64,000 nt of DNA. Source: Candidatus Multivoradales bacterium (GTDB lineage Bacteria; Acidobacteriota; Thermoanaerobaculia; Multivoradales; J023). The notes beneath the pieces were generated by a model. It saw only the letters and a list, made by a program, of their open reading frames with translations. It searched no databases and was not told the DNA's origin. Both the position numbers and the translations under genes were made by a program. How positions within the stretch are numbered: position 1 is the first letter of the stretch; each line of letters opens with the position of its first letter. Positions 52,078 to 64,000 of this stretch are shown here, piece by piece. The stretch covers positions 4,192,001-4,256,000 of the forward strand of contig CBDFLE010000006.1 of NCBI GenBank assembly GCA_965248925.1, written 5' to 3'.

Positions 52078-52158
52078 TCACTGCTGCTCGATTCTCAGCA
52101 CCCGATCCACCTCCCCGCCCTCGATCTCGGCGCTGGTGCCATCCGGCCAAGTGACGAT
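52078..52158 (-). pseudogene. duplicated 3' end of the CRTAC1-family gene (IVTWPDGTSAEIEGGEVDRVLRIEQQ*)
   Basis: Colinear codon for codon, including stop position, with 53839-53919 (TVTWPDGASTEVEGGTVDRVLRLEQD*). Confidence 0.85.
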
Positions 52159-52433
52159 TTGGCTTCGAACTGCCACTCGCCCCTCTGTGACCTCATTGCC
52201 CGGAAAGTTGACGACTCGTCCCAAAGATTGGGGGAATCTCGTGGATCCCTCGCGTTTATGAGTGGCTCTCCACCTCTTCGGAGGTCGCAGTCAGCTGAAC
52301 TCCTAGCAATGTTGCTGACTTGCATGCCGCAGACTCTTGGTCGCTAGTAGCTTGGCGGGCCCGGAGAGAAGTACTGACGACCACGCATGAAGCAAGAACC
52401 CACAACGTTTCTCAACAGGAGTCAAAGTCGGTG

Positions 52434-53597
52434 ATGACACGACAACGCTTGCTCGATTCGAAATCCACACGCAATGGCACCAGCGCGGTCGCCGCGCTGG
52501 CGCTGACGATGCTCTTGCTGCCAACCTTGGCGATGGCCCAGGATGGTGAGAAATATGCCCAGCTTGACGCTCAAGTGACGCGAGTCACGAGCCAGTTCGA
52601 AGACGCCTACGCAATTACCGACCGTGCTGAAGATGGGAGTTTGGTCACCACCCTCTACGCCCTCGACGGCAAGGCTGTGGCCAACCAGACGGCTAGCCCC
52701 GCGACCGGTTGGTTGAAGATTGTCGGCCTCGATAGTAGCGAGATCGTCACCGATCTGGCGTTTGCTGAGCTACGGTCTGATTGGCCCAACATTCAACTCT
52801 ACAGCGCCTGGCGGGACCACCAGAGCAAACCGCTGCAAGCGCCTGAGAGGGCCACCTGGGAATGGCACGGTGAGTTCTATCGACTGGCAGGAGCCGCCGC
52901 TCACAAAGAAGCCGCCTTGGAAGATCGCGGCGCAAACCTGGCGCGACGCTTGGCGTCGGTGAGCACCCGCTTTGGCGATATCGAGGCTGTGGCGGTGCGC
53001 GAGGCCCAGGTCCAGCAGGGCAAGCTCGGTGCCGAAGGGGTGCAACATGCTACTTTCTCGACTCGCTTATTCGATCAAAAGTCTGGTAAGCCGCAGGGCA
53101 TCATGCGTTGGTTTGGCGAGGCTCGGGTTTTGGCCTGGGACCTGCCGGGGCTGACCTCGGGCTACGTCGACGAGGAGCGCATGGAGCAGGCTTTCCCCTT
53201 CGAACCCTCCTTGGCGTGGTCGAACATCCAGGCTTTCGGCTTCCTGCAGATGCACACCGCCATTCGGATAGAGCAGGCGGCTCATTTGGGCAAACAAGAC
53301 CCTCCCGACGGGTGTACCGGCCTGCACTGGCTGGACGGCACCATCTTGCGGCCTTGCTGTGACGAGCACGATCTATGTTACGGGAGAAACGGCTGCTCAT
53401 ACCGCTCCTGGTTTGTGATCGGCTCCAGCTGGAGCTGCATCCGGTGCAATATTGCGGTGGTCTTCTGCTTCGTCACTGGCGGTGGTGGTGGTGGCGGTGG
53501 TGGTGGCGGTGGTGGCGGTGGCGGCGACGACTGCTCACCGACTGGTGCCGGATGGTGCCCGGCTTCCTGCTTCTCCTGCGATCGACCCCTGTTCTGA
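52434..53597 (+). CDS. secreted protein with C-terminal phospholipase A2-like domain, Gly16 linker and Cys-rich tail
   Basis: Signal ..TLAMA; DGC..CCDEHDLCY motif; 16 Gly; CSPTGAGWCPASCFSC. Confidence 0.75.
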   Translation: MTRQRLLDSKSTRNGTSAVAALALTMLLLPTLAMAQDGEKYAQLDAQVTRVTSQFEDAYAITDRAEDGSLVTTLYALDGKAVANQTASPATGWLKIVGLDSSEIVTDLAFAELRSDWPNIQLYSAWRDHQSKPLQAPERATWEWHGEFYRLAGAAAHKEAALEDRGANLARRLASVSTRFGDIEAVAVREAQVQQGKLGAEGVQHATFSTRLFDQKSGKPQGIMRWFGEARVLAWDLPGLTSGYVDEERMEQAFPFEPSLAWSNIQAFGFLQMHTAIRIEQAAHLGKQDPPDGCTGLHWLDGTILRPCCDEHDLCYGRNGCSYRSWFVIGSSWSCIRCNIAVVFCFVTGGGGGGGGGGGGGGGGDDCSPTGAGWCPASCFSCDRPLF

Positions 53598-53635
53598 CAG
53601 AGGAGAAAAGCTCGAAGTCCTCCATGGGCAGATCT

Positions 53636-53700
53636 GGGCGGCCGCGGAACTGGGATATACCTTCGGCGGCCGCCCGTTCTATTTTGATCTGTTTTTGGCT
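53636..53700 (+). terminator. probable intrinsic terminator
   Basis: GGGCGGCCGC...GCGGCCGCCC stem followed by a T-rich tract. Confidence 0.55.
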
Positions 53701-53838
53701 TTGGTGGTGGTACCTTCGAGTTAGTTGCCGGAGGTAGGGTCGACCGAGTCGGCCCGCTGGCTGGCAGGCGTGCCGGACGTTTCCGTGGGCGGCAACTCGG
53801 CGCGCTCTTGGCGTGTGCTCAGCCCTGGGCAAGTTCTC

Positions 53839-55691
<1,853 letters not shown>

Positions 55692-55695
<4 letters not shown>

Positions 55696-58652
55696 TGCTG
55701 GGCTCCGCTGGTGCCGGCAGGTGGGCCGGCAGGGTCGGTTCGTTCGGTCGATGCGCGGGCGATCTTGGGTTCCTTGGCGGCTTCTCCGGGCGGTCGCAGC
55801 TCGTAGGGAGCGGCACCGCGACTGCCGTCGCCGTCAAGTTCGTAGGTCCCCGGTCGGTGCAGATCATAGATCACAATCGCTTCGGCGGCATGGTTGGCGG
55901 CCGGATCGGCGGCCCGAGCCACCGCCACGGCGCGGTCGCGGGCGTTGTCGTCCACCTTGTACTTGGCATAGAGCTGGCGATGCTCGGCGGCTTTGTCAGG
56001 CTGGCCGAGTTGGCGATTGAGCAGGTCTAGATTGAAGTGGGCGGCGGTGTTCTCGGGATCGAGTTCCAGGGTGCGCTCGAAGTAACTCAGCGCTTCGCGC
56101 TGGAGGGCTGTGCGGCGTTCCTTCTTGGCCGCGCCGCGCTCTAGCTTGGCGCGCTCGAAGAGGGTCTGGCCGAGTTCGTTGAGCACTCGGTAGTCCTGGC
56201 TGAAGTCGAAACCACGCTGGCGTGTCGCCAGGTCATCAAGTTCGACGATGCCTTTGAAGTTGGCGATCGCCTGGTCCAAGTAGCCGTTCTGTTTGTTGAC
56301 CAGGCCGGTGAACCAGGCCACCGTCCAGGCGGGGGCCGGCGGTTCGAATTGAGCGGCCCGGGTCAGCGCCTCGATCGCCTGATCTTGCACCGTGCCCTGG
56401 GCGAGGTAGACCCGCGCCAGGTTGAGCGGCCCGTCGGGCCGGCCGAGGGCCTCGACCTGGTGGAAGGCTTGTTCGGCCTGGCGCAACTCTCCCTTGGATT
56501 TGCCACCCTTGCGCAGCAGGCCAATGCCGTAGTCGTTCCAGCGTTGCCAAGTGGGAATCTCGCCGCGGGCGGGGTTCAGTTCACCGTCGACCGAGGTGGC
56601 GATGCCGGCGATCGGGAAGCTCAGCCGGTCGTAAGCCAGAGTGATGATCGGCAGGTCGTTGACGTAGTCTTCGCCTTTGAAATGGCGCATGTAAGTGGTG
56701 TCGAACTTGCGGTATTGCAGTCGCACTTCGACCGTCAGGGGGCCCGCGATATCGACCGGAACCTCGAGCCGGTAGTGCAGCGAATCGGCCGCACCGGGGG
56801 GGATCTGGTGGTTGTAGAGGGCGACGAAGATATCTTGGGCGTTACGCCGGTCAATCCGCCGGCCTTGCTGGTCGAGGACGTAGGAGTTGACGAAGTGAGC
56901 CCAGGGATCGACCCAGTTGCCGTCGCCCCCCATGCCGCCGCTGCGACCCACCACCCGCTCGCTTTCGCTGCCTCGCAGTGAGGTGGTGACCCGCAGATCG
57001 ACCCACACCTGATTCGAATCCGAGGTCCCTTGGGTGAAGAGATGACCCATCTTCACCGTTCGCACGACGGTCTCCAGCAGATAGGCCGAGCCCGGCCTCA
57101 GCGTCGGCACCTGGGGCCGCAGGGGTGCGGTGAGTTCGCCATCGATGGTGCCACCCTCTTTGATACCAAAGATGTCGAGGCGGATGACGCCATCGTTGAA
57201 AGCGCGGTGGGCTTCTTTGACTTCGTCGGGCAAACCCAGCAAGTGCGGGATGGCGGTGTTGGCGCTGGGGAAGAGGTGGTCGTGGACCGTGCTCTCGCCC
57301 CGATCGTCGAAGTTGGCGGCGGCGAATTGGTCCGAGGGCTGGAGGGGCATGTGGCAGCCGTTGCAGTTCGCTTGGGCAACCTCGGGGTAATAAAAGCTGC
57401 TGACCCCGTGGCCCGAGACCCCCGACAGGTGGTAGGCGTCGTAGTGGTTCTGGCCGCGCAGCCACTTATAGTTGTTGAGTTCCACCGGCAAATGCACCTT
57501 GTGGCAGCCGGCGCAGAATTCGGCAGTGGTGTGCAGCGGCTTGAGGAATGTCTTCTTGTGAAAATCTGGTTTGGCTTTGATCAGCTGCCGGTTGACCCAT
57601 TGCAGGGCTTCGCTGTCGGCGAATGCGAAGGGGTAGTGGATCGGCTCTTCGATGGTGAAGTCGGAGTTGCCACGGGGGCTGTTGACATGGGTGATGGCGT
57701 GGCAGGAAGTGCAAGTGATGCCGGCTTGACCGGCGGGATCGTTCTCATCGTCGAAGTCCGGGTCGTCGAATTTGCCGGAGAAGAAGACCACCGGATCGTG
57801 GCAGCCGGCGCAGAAGCGCGCTGCCTGCAAGTTACCATCCCGTTCGAGTGCTACTCGGCGGGTTTCGCGGACTGAGAAGAGGTAGGCCGGATTGTTGAAC
57901 GAGGCGAAACGGTGGACGCTCTGCGACCAGCTCTGGTGGCTGTCCTGGTGACACTCCTGGCAGTATTGATCGTTCATCAGCACCCGTTCGGGGATGAAAT
58001 CGCCACTGGCGGTGCGAGCCAAGGAGGGGAAGAAATACTGCTCCCCCGACTGCGGTCCTTCGACCTCCCAGCGGCGCGGATCTTGAGCTTGCCAGACCAG
58101 CATCACGGCGCCGAACACCGCTGCCACGGTTGCCCAGCGTCGGCCGATCTGCCATTTGATCTTCTTGCCGGCCAAGCGATGCAGGACGAACAACCAGGCG
58201 GCCACCAAAGGCGAGATCACATGCGCCCAATAGGCCACTGAGCGAGTGGTGGCGTCCTTGATCACCAGCAGGCCCTCGATTCTGGTCAGCACGACGCCGC
58301 TTGCGAGCAGCACCAGGGCCACCGCGAAAAGGCCATAGCCCACTTGAACGGCGCGCCGGTTGGGTCGGTTGTAGGCGTTTCTGATGTGCGCGATGCCAAA
58401 GATGATCACCGGCAGCAAGATCAGCGCGCCGAGCACCAGATGGACGATGAACATATTCATGTAGAACCAGTTCTGATACGTCTGCCCGGTCGCCGCTTCG
58501 AGAATCGTCACCCCCACCAGGTAGGTAGAGTTGATCGCCAAGAGGGCGAAGAGGCCGAAAACGACGAAGAGCAGCTTTTTCAGTCGGTCACCAAGGACCC
58601 GGCGATACTTCGGTTTGCGCTTCTTGGCCGCTTGCGGTGCTGTCGAACTCAT
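55692..58652 (-). CDS. membrane-anchored multiheme c-type cytochrome (5 CxxCH) with C-terminal TPR region
   Basis: About 5 N-terminal TMs with His; CQECH, CAGCH, CTSCH, CAGCH, CNGCH; RWNDYGIGL then TPR-like helices. Confidence 0.88.
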
Positions 58653-58954
58653 CTCTATCCTCGATTCTGGCCTGGTAGGGAGTGGGCAGAGCGGACGTGG
58701 GAACTCCTAGCTGGATTGCAAGCGGCATTCGGCTCTTACCCAGCCTTCCTGCTAGAACCTAAGTTCCTATTTTTCAGTATCTTATGTCACAATCCACGGT
58801 GCTTGCTCAAATTTAAGAAAAGTGATTATCATAATTTTCATGGGCTACTTGGTCGGTGATCACTGCCCTCTCTTTTCGCAGGCTCTCAGCTAAGCGCTTT
58901 CCTGCACGGATTTAGCCGCCTCGACGCTGGTCGAGAGGGCGTATCATAGAATTT

Positions 58955-60559
58955 ATGGAATCAACTCAGGCCAGACGACCGGTAAGCCGGGGACGGGCGC
59001 CGGGGTTGTATTTTCTTTTGCTGGCGTTGACTCTGGCGATCAACTCGGTAGCGGTTTGGGGGATATTCTCCGGCCGCCGCGCGGTGGAACGGGCCGCTCA
59101 GAGCGAACTCGAACTGGCGACCAATGCTGATGCCCGATCCCTCGAAGCAGTGCTCGGCACGTTGCGCGGGGATCTGCTTTTCCTGGCTCGTTCACCACCG
59201 CTGGCGCGTTATTTCAACGCCGCCGGAGATCGAGACCCGATGGTGCGGCGCTGGAGCCGGCTCGATGTCGAGAGCACCCTCCTGCTGTTTTTGGCGGCCA
59301 ACCCGGCGGTCGAGCGGTTGGCGGTGGAAGAATCCGGTGGCTCGGCCAGAGTTCTGGCGTCGCGGCGCCGGGGAGTGCCCGAGCTGCTGCCTCTCGACGC
59401 GCCTCTCCCAACTGCTGGCCTACTTATCGGGCAGTGGTCGTTGGCCGGTGACCAAGACCGCCGCTTACGGGCTTGGGTGGAGCCGGCGCGCTTGCTCGCC
59501 TTACTCGGTCCTGCCCGTGGTGGGCGGTTGCATCTCGACACCACCGCGGAGGCCCTGCCGCCGACCCCTGAACCGGGACAGTTGTTGGCCCGAGCGGTAG
59601 TGGCCGACGGCGCCTGGACCCCGGCGATCCGCTGGACCCTGCACCGGCTCGAAGCGGATAGCGAGGCGATCCGCTCTTTCAAGGCTTTGGCCGGGCGTTA
59701 TCGCCTCACCGTGGGGCTCAATCTGCTGGTCATCGGCCTCACCTTGCTGCTCGGTGCGCTGGCCTGGCGTCAGCTGCGGCGTAGCGCCCGGCTTGAAGCC
59801 GAGAATGCCCAGGAGAAGAGAGTTCGAGAGTTGGAGCGCCAGCTAATGCATAGCGAGCGGTTGGCCAGCGTCGGCCGTTTGGCGGCTGGGATGGCGCATG
59901 AGATCAACAACCCGCTCGAGGGCATGTCGAACTACCTCAGATTGCTCGAGGACGACTTGGCGGCGGGTGATCTGAGCGAGGCGCCCGAACTTGCCAGCAG
60001 ATTGCGCGAGGGGCTTGAGCGGGCTGCCGGCATCACCCGTCAGGTGCTGGCTTTCTCTGACCCAGGGCGAGCACCAAAGACGGCGGTGGACCTGGTGGGA
60101 GTAGTGGCCGAGACGGTTGCTTTTCTGCGCGCCGATGCCGGCCCTCGACCGGTGGTCGTGGAGTGGCAACCTCCGGCCGAGGCGGTGCGGGTGATGGGCA
60201 ATTCCGTGACCCTTGGCCAGCTGGTGTTCAACCTGCTACTCAATGCCCGTCAGGCCGAGCCCGCCGCTGGTCGGGTGGAAGTACGTCTAGATTGCGAGCC
60301 CTTGACCGCGATGGCCCGGTTGGTGGTGGCCGATCGGGGGCCGGGGATTAGCAGTGCTGCCCGTGGGCATCTGTTCGAGCCCTTCTTTTCGGAAAAGGGC
60401 TCGAGCGGCCTGGGTCTGGCGGTGTGCCATAGCATCGTTACTGATCATGGCGGGGAGATCAGCGGCGCGAATCGCCCTCAAGGGGGTGCTGAATTCGAGG
60501 TCTCCATGCCGCTGTTGACCGCTGAACAGCCACCGCGGCAAGAGGAGGGGTCAGCTTGA
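58955..60559 (+). CDS. membrane sensor histidine kinase (NtrB-like)
   Basis: ERLASVGRLAAGMAHEINNPL, NLLLNA, DRGPG, FEPFFS, GLGL. Confidence 0.93.
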   Translation: MESTQARRPVSRGRAPGLYFLLLALTLAINSVAVWGIFSGRRAVERAAQSELELATNADARSLEAVLGTLRGDLLFLARSPPLARYFNAAGDRDPMVRRWSRLDVESTLLLFLAANPAVERLAVEESGGSARVLASRRRGVPELLPLDAPLPTAGLLIGQWSLAGDQDRRLRAWVEPARLLALLGPARGGRLHLDTTAEALPPTPEPGQLLARAVVADGAWTPAIRWTLHRLEADSEAIRSFKALAGRYRLTVGLNLLVIGLTLLLGALAWRQLRRSARLEAENAQEKRVRELERQLMHSERLASVGRLAAGMAHEINNPLEGMSNYLRLLEDDLAAGDLSEAPELASRLREGLERAAGITRQVLAFSDPGRAPKTAVDLVGVVAETVAFLRADAGPRPVVVEWQPPAEAVRVMGNSVTLGQLVFNLLLNARQAEPAAGRVEVRLDCEPLTAMARLVVADRGPGISSAARGHLFEPFFSEKGSSGLGLAVCHSIVTDHGGEISGANRPQGGAEFEVSMPLLTAEQPPRQEEGSA

Positions 60560-61905
60560 AGAAGAACGCAACCGTGCTGGTAGTCGATGACGAGACTTAC
60601 GTGCGCGACTCACTAGCGACCCTGCTCAGCCGTCGTGGCTTCACGGTACGCACCGCCGATTCCGTGGTGGCGGCTCTGCAAGCGGAGAGTCTGGCTGGAT
60701 TGGACGCCGTCCTCACCGATCTGCGGATGCCTGGGGAAGGGGGGCGGGTGTTGGTGCAGCGTCTCGCCGAGGCCGAGCCGGCGCTGCCGGTGGTGGTGCT
60801 GACCGGCCACGGCACGGTGAGTTCGGCGGTCGAGTGCGTCAAGGCCGGCGCCTGCGACTATTTGCTCAAGCCGGCCGATCCGGACGAACTGGCCCTGGTG
60901 CTTGACCGGGCTATCGGCCAAAGCAAGCTGCGGCGTGAGCTGCGTTATCTGCGGGCCAACGGGGACCGCCGCGGTCGGCCGGTGGGCCAGTCACGCGCCT
61001 GGCGGCGGGTGCTGGAGTGGGTCGAGGTGGCGGCACCGGTCGATAGTTCGGTGCTGGTGCTGGGGGAAAGCGGCACGGGTAAGGAGGAGGTGGCGCGGCT
61101 GCTTCACGCCAACAGTCGGCGTTCGAAGGCGGCGTTTGTTGGGGTCAATTGCGCCGCCATTCCCACCGAGTTGTTCGAGAGCGAGCTTTTCGGCCATCGC
61201 CGTGGAGCTTTCACCGGCGCCGTCAATGATCGTGAAGGGCGTTTCCGCGTAGCCGACGGTGGCACCTTGTTTCTCGACGAGATCAACTCATTGCCGCAGA
61301 TGGCTCAGGCCAAGCTGTTGCGGGTGTTGGAGGAAGGCTCTTTCGAGCGTCTCGGCGACAGCCGCCCGACCCGGGTTGATGTGCGCCTGGTCTGCGCCTC
61401 GAACACCGATCTTGCGGCCGAAGTCGAGGCCGGACGCTTTCGTGCCGACCTCTTTTATCGCATCAATGTGGTGCAGATCCTTGTGCCGCCGTTGCGCGAC
61501 CGCCGCGACGATGTGGCGGTGTTGGTGGAGGCTTTTCTCGCCGAGATTGCAGGTCGGTTGGGCAAGCGGGTTGACCGCGTGCATGCCGACACCATGGCGG
61601 CCCTGCTGTCCTATGACTGGCCTGGCAACGTGCGCGAGCTACGCAACGTGATAGAACGCGGCGTGTTGCTGGAGAAGAGTTCTCGGTTGATGCCCTCTAG
61701 TCTGCCGTTTGGCGGCACCTCGAAGGGTGACGATCTCAACCTTCGGGAGGTGCTGGCGGTGGCGGAGAGGGAGGTGTTGGAAAGGGCTCTGGAGCGAGCC
61801 GGCGGAGTGCGTCGAGAGGCGGCGCGAATGCTCGGGGTCGATCAGCGGAATCTGGCGTATTTTCTGAAAAAGCATGGCTTGATGGACCAGGGGAAGATTC
61901 GATGA
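60556..61905 (+). CDS. sigma54-dependent response regulator (NtrC family)
   Basis: [35 protein letters not shown]. Confidence 0.95.
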   Translation: MKKNATVLVVDDETYVRDSLATLLSRRGFTVRTADSVVAALQAESLAGLDAVLTDLRMPGEGGRVLVQRLAEAEPALPVVVLTGHGTVSSAVECVKAGACDYLLKPADPDELALVLDRAIGQSKLRRELRYLRANGDRRGRPVGQSRAWRRVLEWVEVAAPVDSSVLVLGESGTGKEEVARLLHANSRRSKAAFVGVNCAAIPTELFESELFGHRRGAFTGAVNDREGRFRVADGGTLFLDEINSLPQMAQAKLLRVLEEGSFERLGDSRPTRVDVRLVCASNTDLAAEVEAGRFRADLFYRINVVQILVPPLRDRRDDVAVLVEAFLAEIAGRLGKRVDRVHADTMAALLSYDWPGNVRELRNVIERGVLLEKSSRLMPSSLPFGGTSKGDDLNLREVLAVAEREVLERALERAGGVRREAARMLGVDQRNLAYFLKKHGLMDQGKIR

Positions 61906-63641
61906 TCGCCGGTGGTAGATGCCGCAAGCTGGCTGGGGAAAGGTTCACCTGGAGTCCGGGACGGGTTTCCTGTCTTTTCGGTGCTTCGTCGGTGCTTTGG
62001 CTGGGGGTTGCGCTGGTGGTGGTCGGATGCCAACGACGGGCCTCAGAATCGACCGGCATTGAAGAGCCCGCGGCGGTGATTTCGTTCACCGATGTCTCCG
62101 AAGTTGCTGGGCTACGATTCACCCACGACAACGGTGCTTCCCCGCGCCGGTATCTGCCAGAGACCATGGGTTCTGGAGTTGCTTTCTTTGACTACGACGG
62201 CGATGGTAGGCCCGATCTCTACTTTGCCAACGCCGGGCCGATCGAGGCGGCGGACGGAGCGCTGGTGGGTGGCGCTCTCTACCGCAACCTGGGTGACGGC
62301 ACTTTCGTGGAAGTCACTCGCCATGTCGGGTTGGAGCAGCCGTTCTACGGCCTGGGAACGGCGGTGGGGGATGTCGATAACGATGGCGACCTGGACCTCT
62401 TCGTCTCGGGTCTGGAGGGTGATCGCTTGTACGTCAACAGTGGCGACGGCAGATTTGAGGACGGCACTTCCACGGCTGGATTGGCCGGGGCGGGCTTCGG
62501 TAGCAGCGCGGCTTTTCTCGACTTTGACAACGATGGCTGGCTCGATCTTTTTGTCGGCCGCTATGTTACCTGGAGCGCTGATGCAGATGTACTTTGCAGT
62601 CCGGATGGAGAGCATCGCTCCTACTGCACGCCTGAGATCTATCCTGGCATCAGCAATCAGCTCTATCGCAATCTGGGGGAGGGGCGTTTCGTGGAGGTCA
62701 CTGGCGCCGCTGGTTTGGAGATGGGCGCCGGCAAGACCCTCGGCGTGGTGCCGATCGACCATGACGGCGACGGCTGGGCGGATTTGGCGATCGCCAACGA
62801 TACTTACCGCAACTTTTTATTCATCAACCAGCGCGACGGCACTTTCGTTGAAGATGCGGTCGTCACGGGCATGGCTTACAGCCTGTCGGGGGCGACCCGC
62901 GGAGCGATGGGTATCGATGCCGGCGATCTGGATGGCGATGGCCGCGAGGAGTTGGTGATTGGAAATTTCTCGCAGGAGATGTCAGCCATCTACCGCGCCG
63001 GTGAACGAGGGCTCTACAGTGACGATGCCGCCCAACTTGGTCTTGGCCTGCCAACTCTGATGACCTTGGCTTTTGGCACCCTGGTGATTGATCTCGACCT
63101 GGACGGTTGGCTGGATGTGGTGTTCGCCAACGGTCATATCGAGCCCGATGTAAAGCGTTTTCAACCTCTGCAAACTCACGCTCAGCCGTTGTCGGTGTTT
63201 CGTAGCCTGGAGGGCCGAAAACTCCAACCAGTCCAGGCTCTAGGTGCTGCGGCGGGGCCATGGGTGGGGCGGGGATTGGCGGCTGCTGACTACGACGGCG
63301 ACGGCGATCTCGATTTAGTGCTGACCCAGAACGGTGGCCGTGCACGGTTGTTGCGCAATGACAGTCCGCCCCGCTCCTGGCTGCGGCTGCGTTTGGTGGG
63401 TAGGGGTTCCAACCGCACGGCTTACGGCGCGGTGGCGACGGTGTTTGTTGGCCAACGGAGAATTCGCCGCCGCTTGGTTTCCGGCCGCTCCTATCTATCA
63501 GCCAGCGAGCCGCTGCTGAGCTTTGGTTTGGGGTCGGCCGAGTGGGTTGACCGAGTCGAAATTCGCTGGCCCTCGGGCCAATTGCAGGTGCTTGATCGGC
63601 CGCCCCTCGGTGAGGTTATCGAGGTCGAAGAAGAGGAGTAG
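61902..63641 (+). CDS. CRTAC1-family protein (FG-GAP + ASPIC/UnbV), possible lipoprotein
   Basis: VVVGC lipobox-like; ETMGSGVAFFDYDGDG; GRSYLS..FGLG..WPSG. Confidence 0.9.
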   Translation: MIAGGRCRKLAGERFTWSPGRVSCLFGASSVLWLGVALVVVGCQRRASESTGIEEPAAVISFTDVSEVAGLRFTHDNGASPRRYLPETMGSGVAFFDYDGDGRPDLYFANAGPIEAADGALVGGALYRNLGDGTFVEVTRHVGLEQPFYGLGTAVGDVDNDGDLDLFVSGLEGDRLYVNSGDGRFEDGTSTAGLAGAGFGSSAAFLDFDNDGWLDLFVGRYVTWSADADVLCSPDGEHRSYCTPEIYPGISNQLYRNLGEGRFVEVTGAAGLEMGAGKTLGVVPIDHDGDGWADLAIANDTYRNFLFINQRDGTFVEDAVVTGMAYSLSGATRGAMGIDAGDLDGDGREELVIGNFSQEMSAIYRAGERGLYSDDAAQLGLGLPTLMTLAFGTLVIDLDLDGWLDVVFANGHIEPDVKRFQPLQTHAQPLSVFRSLEGRKLQPVQALGAAAGPWVGRGLAAADYDGDGDLDLVLTQNGGRARLLRNDSPPRSWLRLRLVGRGSNRTAYGAVATVFVGQRRIRRRLVSGRSYLSASEPLLSFGLGSAEWVDRVEIRWPSGQLQVLDRPPLGEVIEVEEEE

Positions 63642-63693
63642 TGTCGCAATCAGCAAGACCTGGCCTGTGACTGCCTAAAGACGCCACAAATAC

Positions 63694-63722
63694 AAAAGCG
63701 CCCCGAGAATACGGGGCGCCTT
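63694..63722 (-). terminator. hairpin with A-tract (terminator for a minus-strand transcript, possibly bidirectional)
   Basis: AAAA-GCGCCCCG-agaata-CGGGGCGC. Confidence 0.55.
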
Positions 63723-64000
63723 CGGCCTCGGCCGCTGTTCTGGCCGTTATGGAGTCTTCGCGACTCAGGAGCCCGTAGCACAGGGCTCGGAAGGGGCGGC
63801 CTGGGTCAAGGCTGGACGATGTTAGCCCTCGACGGTGTGGCTTGTGCCGCTGATTCCGCCCAGGGCTGAAGCTGGCCCGGTGGCATATGGAACCTCCTTG
63901 GTTTCAAGTTCTGCATTTGACCATAAACCTGTTGCTGACTCCCGTCAAGCAAGACCTGGCCAGTCTCGATAGGGATGGGCCCCTCCTGCTTGGTGGTGAT

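Noticed and set aside
50801-52150. Long antisense ORFs (e.g. 449 aa here, 26125-27075, 1477-2442)
   Set aside because: Shadow frames of well-supported genes, typical of high-GC codon bias.

Overview
High-GC bacterial window. The C-terminal 'LPVELxxF' and 'FGDNFETG' tails, 'LCLxxGRF' repeats and CRTAC1/ASPIC-UnbV genes suggest Acidobacteriota, possibly Thermoanaerobaculia (inference). The flanks are ordinary: ABC transporters, sulfatase, Hsp15, a Ser/Thr kinase-LysM/FecR-sigma54 operon, Fe-ADH, PP2C, SPFH, PduO, GGDEF and an aldolase/SDR. The centre (about 15.7-39.1 kb) is a mosaic accessory region bounded by a diverged ~200-bp direct repeat. It holds ISL3 and XRE remnants, an intact HUH/Y1 (RAYT-like) transposase flanked on both sides by nested duplications that share one fixed right end (GGCACCTWYTT(A)|GG), and a gingipain-like C25 protein. 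It also holds a decayed Rhs toxin with a HicA-like tip and an unannotated 59-aa partner gene, a comM 3' remnant, a duplicated ~330-bp sigma54 promoter/enhancer module, and a Tad pilus locus with an atypical pilin. Near the right end, a PLA2-like secreted gene lies between two copies of a CRTAC1 gene's 3' end, next to a pentaheme cytochrome-TPR / CRTAC1 / two-component cluster. All calls come from reading the sequence; no database searches were run.
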